A stretch of DNA of 64,000 nt from Rhina ancylostomus. Its lineage: Eukaryota. The stretch's first letter is position 1, and each line of letters opens with the position of its first letter. Where the stretch lies: positions 19,465,899-19,529,898 of the forward strand of contig JARFYF010000050.1 in NCBI GenBank assembly GCA_030265395.1. Direction: 5' to 3'. Below, in pieces: positions 27,050 to 38,900 of this stretch. A program made the position numbers and the translations under genes. The notes under the pieces were generated by a model. That model had not been told where the DNA came from. It saw only the letters and a list, made by a program, of their open reading frames with translations, and made no database searches.

Positions 27050-27870
27050 TGTGAGACCTCCAACATTGATTTTGAGAAATAAAGGGAGAAACATCATCCA
27101 CTATACATGGGCCTTTCTGAGTCAATCAATAGGGAAGAACTGTGGAACTATGAACCAATTTAGTTGTTTGCAGAAATTCATCTCAATCTCTATCATTTCA
27201 ACTGACAGGTCCAAAACAGACCTGATCTCATTACAGATTGGTGTCAACCAAGGTGATATCACTGCCCCAATGTTCTCTTCAATTCCCAGAGAATGGGCTT
27301 CACACTTACCATCAGCAAAATACTTCTATCAATCTGCCACAACTGTACAACACCATGCTCCAACAATAAAGGTTTACGATGAGACCCTGGGACATGGGGA
27401 CTAATTCCATCTTGGGAGCCACTTCTCAACAAAGGAAGGCATGGGATGATAAAATTCACAAAGGCTTTCAGTGTGCCTGCATAGCCTTTGGCTGTTTGAA
27501 GAAAAGTGGCTGAATATCAAGATCTCAAATCTATCACAGAACTCATTGTCTTCTAGGCAGCAGTGATCTTCATCTTCCCGTATGCTTCGATGATTTGGAC
27601 TACCTACAGCAGGTACCTGTAGTGTCCTCCTCTTCAAGGTAATATTCCCAGCATTAAGGGCCTCATTACATTCAGTCAGTTCTATCGGGCAGGCTACATC
27701 ATTCACATGCCAGACACCAGACTCCTGTAACATAGACTCTATGCCAAGCTCTGTTACTCCAAAAGATTACCAGGTAGACAAAAGGAAAAAAAAACTCAAG
27801 GATGTTTTCAAAGCCTGCTTGAATAAATGTAACATCCCCACCAAATTCTGGGAATCCTTCTGTGGTATAG
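27050..27870 (+). mobile_element. RTE (BovB-like) LINE, internally deleted RT and C-terminal fragment
   Basis: TDLISLQIGVNQGDITAPMFS (GVKQGCVIAPTLFS motif), DDKIHKGFQCACIAFGCLKK, AGYIIHMPDTRL, KDVFKACLNKCNIPTKFWES. Confidence 0.85.
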
Positions 27871-29367
27871 CTAAGCAGCCACTGCATTATCAATAAAACA
27901 GTGCAAGGGAGGGATATGTGCAGCTGTAAGATTGTAAGTAAATAAAGACACAAATTTAATTCAAGTTGATGAGTGAAAAGTGAAAGGCTTAATAAAGCTG
28001 CCTTGGTCTTTATGCACACTGCAGTATTGTGTAAAAATTAATTATGGAAATTATTGCTTTCACTGATCATTACTGCAAAGGCAGAGACAGACAATGTGTT
28101 TACTTAAGTTATTTACTTGAAAGCATTCTCACCCTCAGGTATCATAATGGCATAATCTTGAAGAAAGGACAGATTTTAACTCTTCAGCAATAAATAATAT
28201 TCACTATAATATCAGTTGTCACTGCAGTTTTCTGTTATATAACCACTTACTCATAATGTGTGGAATTGTAACTGTAACTATAACAGTAAACTGAATTACA
28301 ACTGTAAAAAATTCATAGTCTTAATATGTTCTGCCAATGGCCAGTTGGTACATGCTTTCTCTGATCTAATACTGTGTTACAGATCATGAAAAGCCCCAGC
28401 TACGGACTCCATCGGTGCTGATTTAGCCATCCTCAGGAGGGTTAATGATGGGAAATGGACTCACTCTTTACAGAATACAGGAAGTGAGTCCCTTTGCTGA
28501 TTGTTATCTAGTGATCTCCTGCCCAATGCATGCTCAGAATCATTAGACACGGCCACAGAAGGACTGAGCTCTGACACTCTTACAGATGAATTGCCTGTCA
28601 CTCTTTCAAAGTTCTTGCTCCACCTTAGGACTCCCATTTACTGAAATATGGATTTATATCTTTAAAATATTACAAAAAAATAAACCAACATCATTCTGTC
28701 ATAATTGTTTCAAAATTCATGCTACAAATCACACCATTAGTATGTCTTTATAAATATATGAAAATATGAGAAGACTATCTGTACCTGTAGAGTATTGCCT
28801 TCAATTATTTTCTTTATCAAATAACATTCATGAAAGTAGTGATGCAGAATATTACAGAATGGGTTCACAGTCCAGGAGTCTGATACATCACTTGGTGTAT
28901 AGACCAAGTGATGTATAAGACTTTGAAGTAAATCAAAAATTTGAATTCTATTATTTTTGGTTATGTGAAGGAAGAGATAAAGAGAATAACCACAGGGGTT
29001 GGTCTCCATTTAATATGAATGCCTACTGTGTGCTGGAGTGATCTCAGCCTCTAATGCCAAGGAGAGATAATGGGACTATTTTACAAGTATTCTGTATACG
29101 GCCTGCTTCATTCTCACATCCAAAGAGTTGCCAATGATTTTCTGAGCCTCTGTTGACTAAGGGCATGCTCATCAGTAAAGGACACAAGTTAAAGGTACGG
29201 CAGCACTTCTCATCAGTGGGAAACTAGTTACTTTTGCTGTCCTCCCACTATTAGCAGTCACCATCTTTCAACAGGAAGCCTGAATGCTGTACTGAATCAA
29301 GTCAGCATCTACTTGATTGGTACAATGCGAAGGAAGTCTTGTGGCAATTCTCCAATGAACACCGGGC

Positions 29368-29457
29368 CTCTCTGGGTGGCGATGGTAGTGGCTGCCATGT
29401 CGGGAAGGCTGTGCGTCTCCTGCCGGCTCGGGTTTACACGCTTGTCCAGCACGACCT
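29368..29457 (+). repeat. 90-bp CpG-rich direct repeat, copy 1 (copy 2 at 30128-30217)
   Basis: Direct comparison: 87/90 identical. Confidence 0.9.
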
Positions 29458-29487
29458 CGACCTACCCGGGGTCCGTTCAGCTGCAGG

Positions 29488-29955
29488 GTTCTAAAGGGAT
29501 GTCCCTTTATTCTGAGGCTGAGCCCTCGGATCCTAGACTCTCCTACAAATGGGGACATCTTCTCCAAAGCCACTCTATCCAGGTCAGTATTCGGAAGGTT
29601 TCAATGACATCCCTGCCTCATCCTTCCAAACTCCATCAAGTATAGGCCTAGAGCCATCAAACGCTCCTCGTACATTAAACCTTTTATTCCTGCGATCATT
29701 CTTGTGAACTTCTTCTGGACCATCTCCTTCCTTAGATACGGGGCCCAAAATTCCAAGTGCAGTTTGATAAATGACTTGTAAAGCCTCAGCAGTACATCCT
29801 TGCAATGCAAGGCAAATGCAATGGTAGCACTTATTTTAAGAGGACTAATAGATATATTCTAGTCCTCTCAAAATGAATGCTATCATTGTATTTGCCTTCC
29901 TTACTACTGACTCAAGTTAACCTTAAAGGAATCCTGAACTAGGACTCCCAAGTCA
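29488..29955 (-). mobile_element. Relatively young CR1 ORF2 fragment with an internal inverted duplication
   Basis: The minus frame reads KDVLLRLYKSFIKLHLEFWAPYLRK..VQKKFTRMIAGIKGLMYEERLMALGLYLMEFGRMR..ESRIRGLSLRIKGHPFRT; several CpGs retained. Confidence 0.9.
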
Positions 29956-30027
29956 GGGGCGGCCCGGTAGCGTAGTGGTTAGCACGACACGCTTACAGCG
30001 CCAGCAACCTGGGTTCGATTCCCGCTG
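29956..30027 (+). mobile_element. Young tRNA-derived SINE head (HE1/V-SINE-like), cut by a gap
   Basis: ggggcggcccggTAGCGTAGTGGttagcacg...cctgGGTTCGATTCCcgctg: intact Pol III A and B boxes, CpGs preserved. Confidence 0.85.
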
Positions 30028-30127
30028 NNNNNNNNNNNNNNNNNNNNNNNNNNNNNNNNNNNNNNNNNNNNNNNNNNNNNNNNNNNNNNNNNNNNNNNNN
30101 NNNNNNNNNNNNNNNNNNNNNNNNNNN

Positions 30128-30217
30128 CTCTCTGGGTGGCGATGGTAGTGGCTGCCATGTCGGGAAGGCTATGCGGCTCCTGCCGGCTCGGGTTTACACG
30201 CTTGTCCAGCCCGACCA
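30128..30217 (+). repeat. 90-bp CpG-rich direct repeat, copy 2
   Basis: Matches 29368-29457 with 3 substitutions and starts immediately after a 100-N gap. Confidence 0.9.
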
Positions 30218-31959
30218 TGTGGATAATATCTGAGTTTATACAGGAGAGTGGTCTTTAGTACTAAATATGGCAGGAGGACCACCAGTCCCTCTGGTCCTGA
30301 AGTAGAAGTACTGCCATGTTACCATGTAGAAAACTCAGTCACTATTGCTGTCATTGCCAATGCGTGCACTTTAAAATCGAGCCTGTTTACAACTTCTGCC
30401 CCATTGGATTTTACCCTTGCAAGTGCATTCTATGTATTTATATATATTTTAGCTGTTCTAAACATCTCTGAGACATTTACAAACAGTAATAGGGATTTCT
30501 GATGGTCTGAGCTCAAGATCTTTGGGAGCTGTGTGACCACAGACTGTTAGTGAGACTATGGGGCTGTGTGGGGCAATTGGGAGAGCAATCCAGCTCATTA
30601 ATTCATCTACTCATCCCATGAGGAACAACTGCCTATAGTGCTGTTCCCATGCTCTATAATTTCATTACAGTCACTGAATAAACAGTCAGCATGGTGGGAG
30701 GACTACAGATTCTGCCAGCAATGAATCATCCATCCCAGATGTCAAATGCCAATGCAGCATAATAGATTTACTTGCACTAATTGTTTATTCCTGCATGTGA
30801 TGTAAGAGGCATTGTCCTCTGAAGTGATGAGCAGCAGGTCATTTCTGGCCAGAGGCCATCACCTAGCAACTACCTTCTTCCCTTGTTGCAAATCCACTTC
30901 ACATCTTGCTCCTGGATCTCACATTAAAGACCGAGTTGAATCTGCTGGCATGTGTTGAGGCTTTACCAACTTTAAGCTGGAGCCAAACATGTCACCAGAG
31001 GTTCATGGCCATGAAAATCACCACCAATCTACACAAGCAATAATGCAGAAAGCAGGAAATGGCACACGCACACAGATGTGTGAAGAGAATTGGCATCACC
31101 CTTCCAGGAAGAGCTATCAACAATATTGTCATTACAGCTGTAAGTCTTGTGAACTTGAAATGAGATGACAGCATCAATTGAAAAATCAAACTTTTCCACA
31201 ATAGTAACTAGGAATGTCCATTATGTGCTCATATTTCTGAGAGTCAGACATTCAATTCATTATCACGGCATGCTGGAGTCTGAAAGAATTATGATAATAA
31301 TTTCTGGAAAAGCCAGTAACACACACAACCTTACTGAAACAAATTGGTCAGCACTGGTGCACATAGACTTTCAAATCTATTTCAGTACCTATAAAATAAA
31401 TTCTTTTGAAACCTTTCAATGGATGACTCAGGAGCTAGATCACTACATGTAGCACATTTTCATAAAGTCTGCTCTTGTTGCCTACACTAATGAACATATG
31501 ATTACAGATCCCTGCCTTCACCTATCACACTGACAGCTTAATATTCAGGAATATTTTATTTGGCTATATGTAACAAAATGAATACACAAATAACCTCATA
31601 TTTTCTTTTCTCTGCTTTATATCTGCCTCCAACGAGTTTAATACATTTCATAAATGCAAAAGTAAAAAGTTTGAGTTTGATATGTGCTTTCAATTGTTCC
31701 TTTCCACATTTCTGAATTCATGTACTGTTAGGATACAATAAAAATGTGAATCCACTTCACAGCAATGATAGTACAATTCTGCAGCCAGATATTGAACTGA
31801 CTCCACAGCACAGCTGTGAGACTCCACCTTAGGAAAGTGGTCCCACTCCACTTGAATTTGGCACTGCACACCAAACCAGAGCTGTGTTCTGCTGCATTTT
31901 AAAGATGTTGAGGTGCTTAGAGAAAATATTGGTCTTAAAACTAACTTGTTATTTTCTTT

Positions 31960-32660
31960 TTCCCAATTCTGACAAAGGATCATAGACGTGAAACATTAAC
32001 TCTGCCCCTCTTTCCAAAGATGCTTCCTGACCTGCTGAGCGTTTCCAGCATTTTCTGTTTTTTATTTCAGATTTCCAGTATTATTTTTTGATTTNNNNNN
32101 NNNNNNNNNNNNNNNNNGATTTTCATGCCTAGATGCTCCACTGGGCAATCTGGACACTTTAATTGAAGGAATACTATTTTTATTGCTTTGTGAGTATGAA
32201 CACTCATGGTTGTAACATTAGGTATTTACTATTGTAGATGCTGGAAATGTGAAATGAAGAAATGAAAATGTTGGAAAATCCCAGTGCATGAAGCTCAACA
32301 TAATCTCAAGGTACAGAATTTATCTTTTCACTTAAGGAAGGTGACCTTCTGGATTCGATGAGTTTATCACTTTTAGAAAACTATTCTACTATTTCCATTT
32401 ACACCTTCTCCCAAGCCACCTTTTCTTCCTTTATTGGTTCATCACCATCCTCTTTTGTCCTGTACCATCATCCAATTTGTACCTAATCTCTCCTGTCACA
32501 GACCTTCCCCATTGTTCTTTACTTCCCTTCTCCCTTTCTGCATCTTAAAACTTGTTTACTGGTTCTGAGTTGACCCAAAACTTTAACCCCCTTTCACCCT
32601 CCTCAGATGCTGCTTCTTGGTTTCTTGAGAATCTCCATCATTTTCTCTTTTTATTTTATA
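31960..32660. mobile_element. Cluster of Penelope pLTR-derived remnants (+ at 31960-32090, - at 32235-32295, + at 32400-32660)
   Basis: ttctgacaaaggatcatagacgtgaaacattaactct...agatgcttcctgacctgctgagcgtttccagcattttctg; inverse agatgctggaaatgtgaaatg...tgttggaaaatcccag; third copy with cagatgctgct. Confidence 0.7.
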
Positions 32661-35600
32661 CAAAAATGTTATGTTTGAGAACCGTACTCTGTACATATGG
32701 TATTAGCTGCATGCAGTGCTATTAGCAGTATTATTTAGCACTAGTACCTGGGAATTGTTTGATTCAAACAGGCAGGGCAATACTTAACACACACTTCATT
32801 CTACAACACAAAATTGCAAAAAGATGTTTGAGCACATCTTAACATTCAGAAATGCAATGCCAAATTCTGAACAGTTGCCCTAAGATTTAGAAACTGCTGA
32901 TAAACTACCAGCAGAAAACATTTATGAACTGTTCAATTGCAGAAAGCAAAAGTTAACAATCTTTCTTATTGGGAGCTTAACCACAGGAATAAGGCGTAAA
33001 ATTGAAGATCTCTTTTGTTTTGTGAAGTCTTTTCACTGCTTGCTATTTCCGCAGAAGTGAAATATAAATCTTGAAATTGATGTAGATGGAATATGGGTGC
33101 ACACATAAGGACCCTGACTGCACTTTTAGCCCGAAGTTTGATTTTCATTGTTCTCATGCCAGCAAATTATGATTCACACTGTTGGCACCAGCTCAGATCA
33201 GTTTAAGAGAGAACTCAGAGACCTGGGCCCAAACAGCCCTTTAAATCAATAGAAACCATAATGATAATACAGGAGCTCAATAAGCAGTACTCTGCACATT
33301 CTAGTGTGGATGCGACACCCCCTCCTCCCCACAGGCAAAATAAATTCACATTTCTAATTTATACTGACTTGTATCTAATAATGGAAATGCTATCAGGTGT
33401 ATATGTCCTGCGGACAAATTTTTTTGGTCATTAAACAGTACCCCAGTTTATGTACATTGATAAAGTTCTGCAGGCAAACTACATTTGCATTTCTACTGGG
33501 TTACCATGGGGAAAAGCAAGGAAAGAGACTCAGAAAAGGTGTTAAATATCTTCAAGGCATAGGGAAGTAAATAAATGATGGTGGAAAGGGAAAACAGAAG
33601 GATGATTGGATACTCCCTTCCCCAATGCAGCTGAAACTCTTATCTGCCACCTCCAGACAGTTAGTCTAAAGTCCTGTTTGCTAGACTTCCAGATTCTGCT
33701 CCTTGCACATACAGTTCTCTGAGTCTCCTGCTCACCTTCCTCCTGCACTATATTCTACTGCCCTATCACTCCTGTTCTCAGGAACGCTCACTGGTTTCCA
33801 AACCTCCACTACAGCGAGTCCCAGGCTGTTATGCTCAGCTGTATTTATCCACTGTCTCATCTCTTCCCATTCAATCCCTCTTAAACTTACGTTCCTTCAA
33901 AGTGAAATTAAAAGTTGTTAAAACTGGGTGGTTTTTAACCCAATCTGTCACCCTAGCAGTGAAGATAAAAATTTACTCTTTGTGTCTAAGATCCAATGGC
34001 ACTACCTACATATTCCACTTCAGAAAATTACCTATTTTCACAGATGAAAACTAACCTGAGAAATCACAAAACTAGTTTATTTCTTTTGACCTAAAGATTA
34101 AAGCACTTTCCAATCAGTGATGTGCCGTCATTAAAACAATTAAACTTGATCTTTATAAAAGACCACATCAGTAAAGTTGAGCAATGGGAGCGAAGATCTA
34201 CTTGTCTATATTATATGGAGACCTGTCATATGGAGATCTGAGATGGATATCATCATTCCACTGAGGAGCTACAGCACGTACGCATGCAGTGGGTTCAGTG
34301 ACTTTGAGGTTACATCCCTGGGGTAAATCACAGTTGTTTATTCTAATTTTATTTAGTCAATAAGAAAGTAAATATAGAGCAAGGTATACAGAGAGCTGGA
34401 CCAGTGTGAAACCATCAATTATTTGCTGCTCCAATGAAAATAGGTTGCATTACCTCCATCCTTGCATGCCTTCTGTTGTCATCCAAGTTGCCAGATGGCC
34501 CAATTTTTTGAGGCTACTGCCATTGAGCTGGGAATTAAGCCTAAAATGCAGTTTTCTTTTAGTGCTGCAACACAATGAAATTGGAGCTTCAGAACTGAAG
34601 AGTGAGACTGGGAGAGCTGGGCCTGTCTCAGCAGTCAGTATGCAAACGGTGTTATTCCTGAATGATTTATCGATAGCTACTGGAGGATTACAGAGATTTT
34701 GCTGCCTCAACTGCCTCCCTGATGAACAAACCAAAGTGTTTGAGTCCAGTGATGCAGAAAGTAAACAGTAGCCACTTGTTTTCTCCCACGAAATCCCTTA
34801 GGCTGAGACCCTGCAAAGCTGAGTGAATCTTGCATTTTCACAGTTAAACACCAAGAGCTAGATTTGAGAGATGGGAAAGAAATGGGCGAGCAGGACCAAA
34901 ATGAAAAATCAGTTCTGCAAGCTAGCTTGTTCCAAACAAGTGCAAAAATCTGTCATAACAATTTATTTATTGCCATTTGACAGCTGAAGGGGCAATAGCA
35001 CCTTCAGGCTGTTCAGGTGGCCTCTCATTAAAAGCATGGCAAGACAATAAGGCATTAAGTGATTTGTTCATTGTAAATCACTGAATAAATCTGTCAAACC
35101 AAGGCTACATTTAGGTCAGGAAATAAAGTGGAAGTGATGCACACATCGCAGGACTGATAGCTCAACTTTTCACAAAGTATTTGTTTCCAGATCCAGAAGT
35201 ATTTCACACCACTGACAACTTCTTTGTCTTGCCATTTTTTCTATGCAGCTGTCATTCCACTTGATTCACAGTCATTTTCTATTCAGTGTGGACAGATAGC
35301 TTGAACTAAGGTTTGTTGTAAAACTATGTTTGGGTGCCTTCATTTTAATGAGAGGATTACTTTCCATTACATTCCTCACATTTCCCTGTTTTACAGCCAG
35401 ACCACAACTGTTAGGAAGTGTGCACAGGGCTGGGGAGGATTAATATCTCTGAGTTCTTTACTCCACTACGCAGGGGTTCCAGACCTTTGCTGTGCATACG
35501 AAAACAAGAACAAACTAAAGTTGGCAAATTGGTCACATGGGAGATGAAATCTCTGCTTCACCACTGCAATGAAGTGAGTGAATGCTGTTGTATTTAAAAT

Positions 35601-35734
35601 ATTATACAGTGCCTTAGTAGGCACACCTGTAAGTGCCAGGGATAAACAGCAATACAGAAAATGTACTTTGGATAATCCCCCTCTGTTCACACCTAGCCAA
35701 CCTACTAGGTGCTGGCTATGAATTTACTTTCAGA

Positions 35735-35955
35735 AATTAAACAGAAGATCCTGGGAAACACTAATGCAGGTCAGGCAGCATCCAAAGGGAGAGCGAGAGT
35801 GAGAGGGTTAAAGTTTCAGTCCTTTCAGAATTTTGATGTAAAGTCATTGACCTGAAATGTTCACTGATTCCCTGTCCATAGATGCTGCCAAACATTCTAA
35901 GTATTTCCATATCTTTCTAGTTATATTACATAGTTCCAAAATCTATAGTGTTTTG
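35735..35955. mobile_element. Palindromic (head-to-head) Penelope pLTR-derived element
   Basis: ctgggaaacacta..gcaggtcaggcagcatc...ttaaagtttcagtc, then gacctgaaatgttcactg...tagatgctgcc..ctaagtatttcca. Confidence 0.7.
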
Positions 35956-36061
35956 CATTTATAATTTGCTGTCATAGATTAACATAACTTGATTGTATTT
36001 TACATAATATTGTTGGCTGTAAAACCACTGTTTCAAATTATTTTGTTGTGCCCTATTATAT

Positions 36062-36478
36062 AGTTCCAATGCACAGGATTGCAAGGAGCTACAGAGGGTT
36101 GTAGACTCAGCCAGCTCCATCACAGGCACAACCCTCCCCACCATCGAGGATATCTTCAAGAGATGGTGACTCAATAAGGCAGCATCCATCACTAAGGACC
36201 CTCACCATCTGGGACATGTCCTCTTCTCGTTACTACCATTGGGGAGGAGGTACAGGAGCCTGAAGACCCACACGCAATGATTCAGGACCAGCCTTTTCCC
36301 CTCCGCCATCAGATTTCTGAACAGTCCATGAACCCATGAACACGACCTCATTGTTCCTTTTTTTTGCACTATTTATTTATTTTGTAATTTATAATTTTTA
36401 GTCTTTGCACTGTACTGCTGTCACAAAACAACAAATTTCACGTCATATAAGACAGTGATAATAAACCTGATCCTGATA
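36062..36478 (+). mobile_element. Rex1/Babar-type LINE 3' fragment
   Basis: SNAQDCKELQRVVDSASSITGTTLPTIEDIFKRW*LNKAASITKDPHHLGHVLFSLLPLGRRYRSLKTHTQ*FRTSLFPSAIRFLN; tail gataataaacctgatcctga. Confidence 0.92.
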
Positions 36479-38044
36479 GCTCTGGCTATGTCAAAAATGC
36501 ATATTGACAAAGTAAGAGGAATTGATAACACTGGGCTAACAACAGTCTTTTCCCACAAATCATAATTACAAAAATAAACAGTCTTAATGGTAATTATTTT
36601 AATATACTCAACTACCAATGGCAGAATTGAAAGAATGGGTAACACTATTACCTAACCAGCAAGTGAGCTTGTTCTGCTTGAATGGAGCATGTGGAAAACT
36701 GGAATTTCAAAAGCTGGAGAAACTTATGCCAAGATGCTGAAAACTTTCTCTCTCTATATGCAACATTTTACACTTATGGTGCAAGGAATATTATTTACAT
36801 AAACTGAGCAATCATGAATTAATATCAAAACAAACACAAGGCTGGAATATACAATTCCACTAAATATGCATGCATTGCTCCTTCCAACAAATGTGCTTTT
36901 CAGAATATTTCAATATTAAATATCCAGGTAAGTTCACTTGAAAAACACTGCAGCCTTCTTGGCTTCACTACTCTTCCCATAAAAGGAATAAGGTCTACTG
37001 AACCTACATAATTATATAGAATTATGTGGACTTGTCGCATTTAAATTGAATTTACTTAACATACATTAAATTTCATGTCAAATCTAATAAAAATTGTCTG
37101 TCCTTGTAGACGTTCAGAAAAGAGCTGTGGTAGTGAAAACCATCTTTGTGCTCATTGTTCACAACCAACCACCAAAAGCTTCAAGTGTCACTCAGTGTGG
37201 AACATTGCAAGACCCTAGGAGAATCACAATCACCACTAAAGCACTGTGTTACCATCACTGAAACTCCAGCGTTTTGCAATGGGTCACGTAAGCAACAAAT
37301 GGGCCTTTAAAACAATAGGGGTCATTTAAATACATAGCAGAATTGCCAAACATGTCACACGTTGCTCAAGCAACATGGCAAAATCTTTGATATAGTAGGT
37401 AGACAGCGTAAGAGGAACCTTCGTAGGATTTATTGTCATGGTTCTGAGTTCTGGCCCTCATTTGGCTCCATTAATGCCTTGTTGTCCAGCACATGGATTC
37501 CATGNNNNNNNNNNNNNNNNNNNNNNNNNNNNNNNNNNNNNNNNNNNNNNNNNNNNNNNNNNNNNNNNNNNNNNNNNNNNNNNNNNNNNNNNNNNNNNNN
37601 NNNNTCCAGTTCGTGTTGGGATTCCTCTTCTGATCTCCGAGGCAAAATTCCTTCCAGTTACTGCCTGCGTTTGCCCTGAGGAAATATCCTGACTCCAGTC
37701 TTGTATCAGTGTGCCGCATTTGGGTTCTCTGCAAGTTTGCTCTCGATCAACATTGTGACATTTATTCCATTCAGATTTTTGTAGAAAGTCTGACAAATTC
37801 TATAGGTTTTCAGTGTGTAAACTTCATACACATTATTTCCCATATGTACTTTTGGAGTTCAGCCCACACAACTTTCGAAAACAGGAGCTTGTTGACTGTG
37901 GGTGTGAAGGCATGTTGGGAGATTCAGCAGCTTCTTTGTGGAACCAAGAAATAATGAAAGGGAAAAGTAGCAAACCCAAGATGGGGAGGGTTGGTGTGCA
38001 GGGAACACATTTCAATTCAAAATAGAAGGTGGTCATTTGATCCA

Positions 38045-38370
38045 CTGAGTCCATGCCAGGTCACAAAGCAATCCCATCAATCCCTTCTCCCACTAAGTTT
38101 TCCCCTGCAATCTATTCTTCCCCACATAAAATCCCCCAGATTCTGCCACCAATCTGCACACAAGGGGCAATGTTACAGTGGTCAGTTGACCTACCAACCC
38201 GCATGCCTTACCATTGTTTTTGGAGGACACTACAGCACCCAGGGGAAACCCATACAGTCCAAGGGAGAAAGTACAAACTCAACACAGACAGCAGTGGAGG
38301 TCAGCATTTAACTCAGGTCACTGGAGCTGTGAGATAACAGTTCTATGAGCTGCACCACTGTGTCATCCAC
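38045..38370 (-). mobile_element. V-domain tRNA-SINE (HE1-like), near full length
   Basis: Reverse complement: ggatgacacagtggtgcagct...gacctgagttaaatgctgacc..gctgtctgtgttgagtttgtactttctccc..tgggtttcccctgggtgct (V-domain-like core). Confidence 0.85.
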
Positions 38371-38684
38371 GACTGATCAAGAGCAACAACCATTCCAAAT
38401 TTTTCCGATTGGATGGCATGTGGTACTNNNNNNNNNNNNNNNNNNNNNNNNNNNNNNNNNNNNNNNNNNNNNNNNNNNNNNNNNNNNNNNNNNNNNNNNN
38501 NNNNNNNNNNNNNNNNNNNNNNNNNNNNNNNNNNNNNNNNNNNNNNNNNNNNNNNNNNNNNNNNNNNNNNNNNNNNNNNNNNNNNNNNNNNNNNNNNNNN
38601 NNNNNNNNNNNNNNNNNNNNNNNNNNNNNNNNNNNNNNNNNNNNNNNNNNNNNNNNNNNNNNNNNNNNNNNNNNNNNNNNNNNN

Positions 38685-38900
38685 TGCAGGCAGGTGATAG
38701 GTGAGGCCAGGTGAGAGGGGCAAGGGAGGAGGGTGGATGAAGGGAGGTGATGTAAGAAGCTGAAAGGTGATGGGTAGAAGAGACAAAGGACTGAAGAAGA
38801 AGGAATCCAGTAGGAGAGGGCAGTGGACCATGGATTAAAGGGAAGAAGGTGGGGAATAAATGGGCAGGTCATGAGGTGGGGGAAGGGATGGGCAGGTGAT
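38685..38900 (-). mobile_element. Penelope-like element terminal region adjacent to a gap
   Basis: Purine-rich ggcaggtgataggtgaggccaggtg...aggactgaagaagaaggaatc..taggagagggcagtggaccatgga, inverse of the type of sequence at 59840-59950. Confidence 0.7.

Noticed and set aside
26925-27404. 159-aa ORF
   Set aside because: Its recognisable part is a deleted RTE RT fragment, not a host gene.
29956-30027. Possible tRNA gene
   Set aside because: It has A and B boxes but no convincing cloverleaf or acceptor stem; it fits a SINE head.
34406-34771. 121-aa ORF with an internal acceptor-like site at 34562
   Set aside because: Only weak donors, a non-ATG start and an unrecognised peptide.
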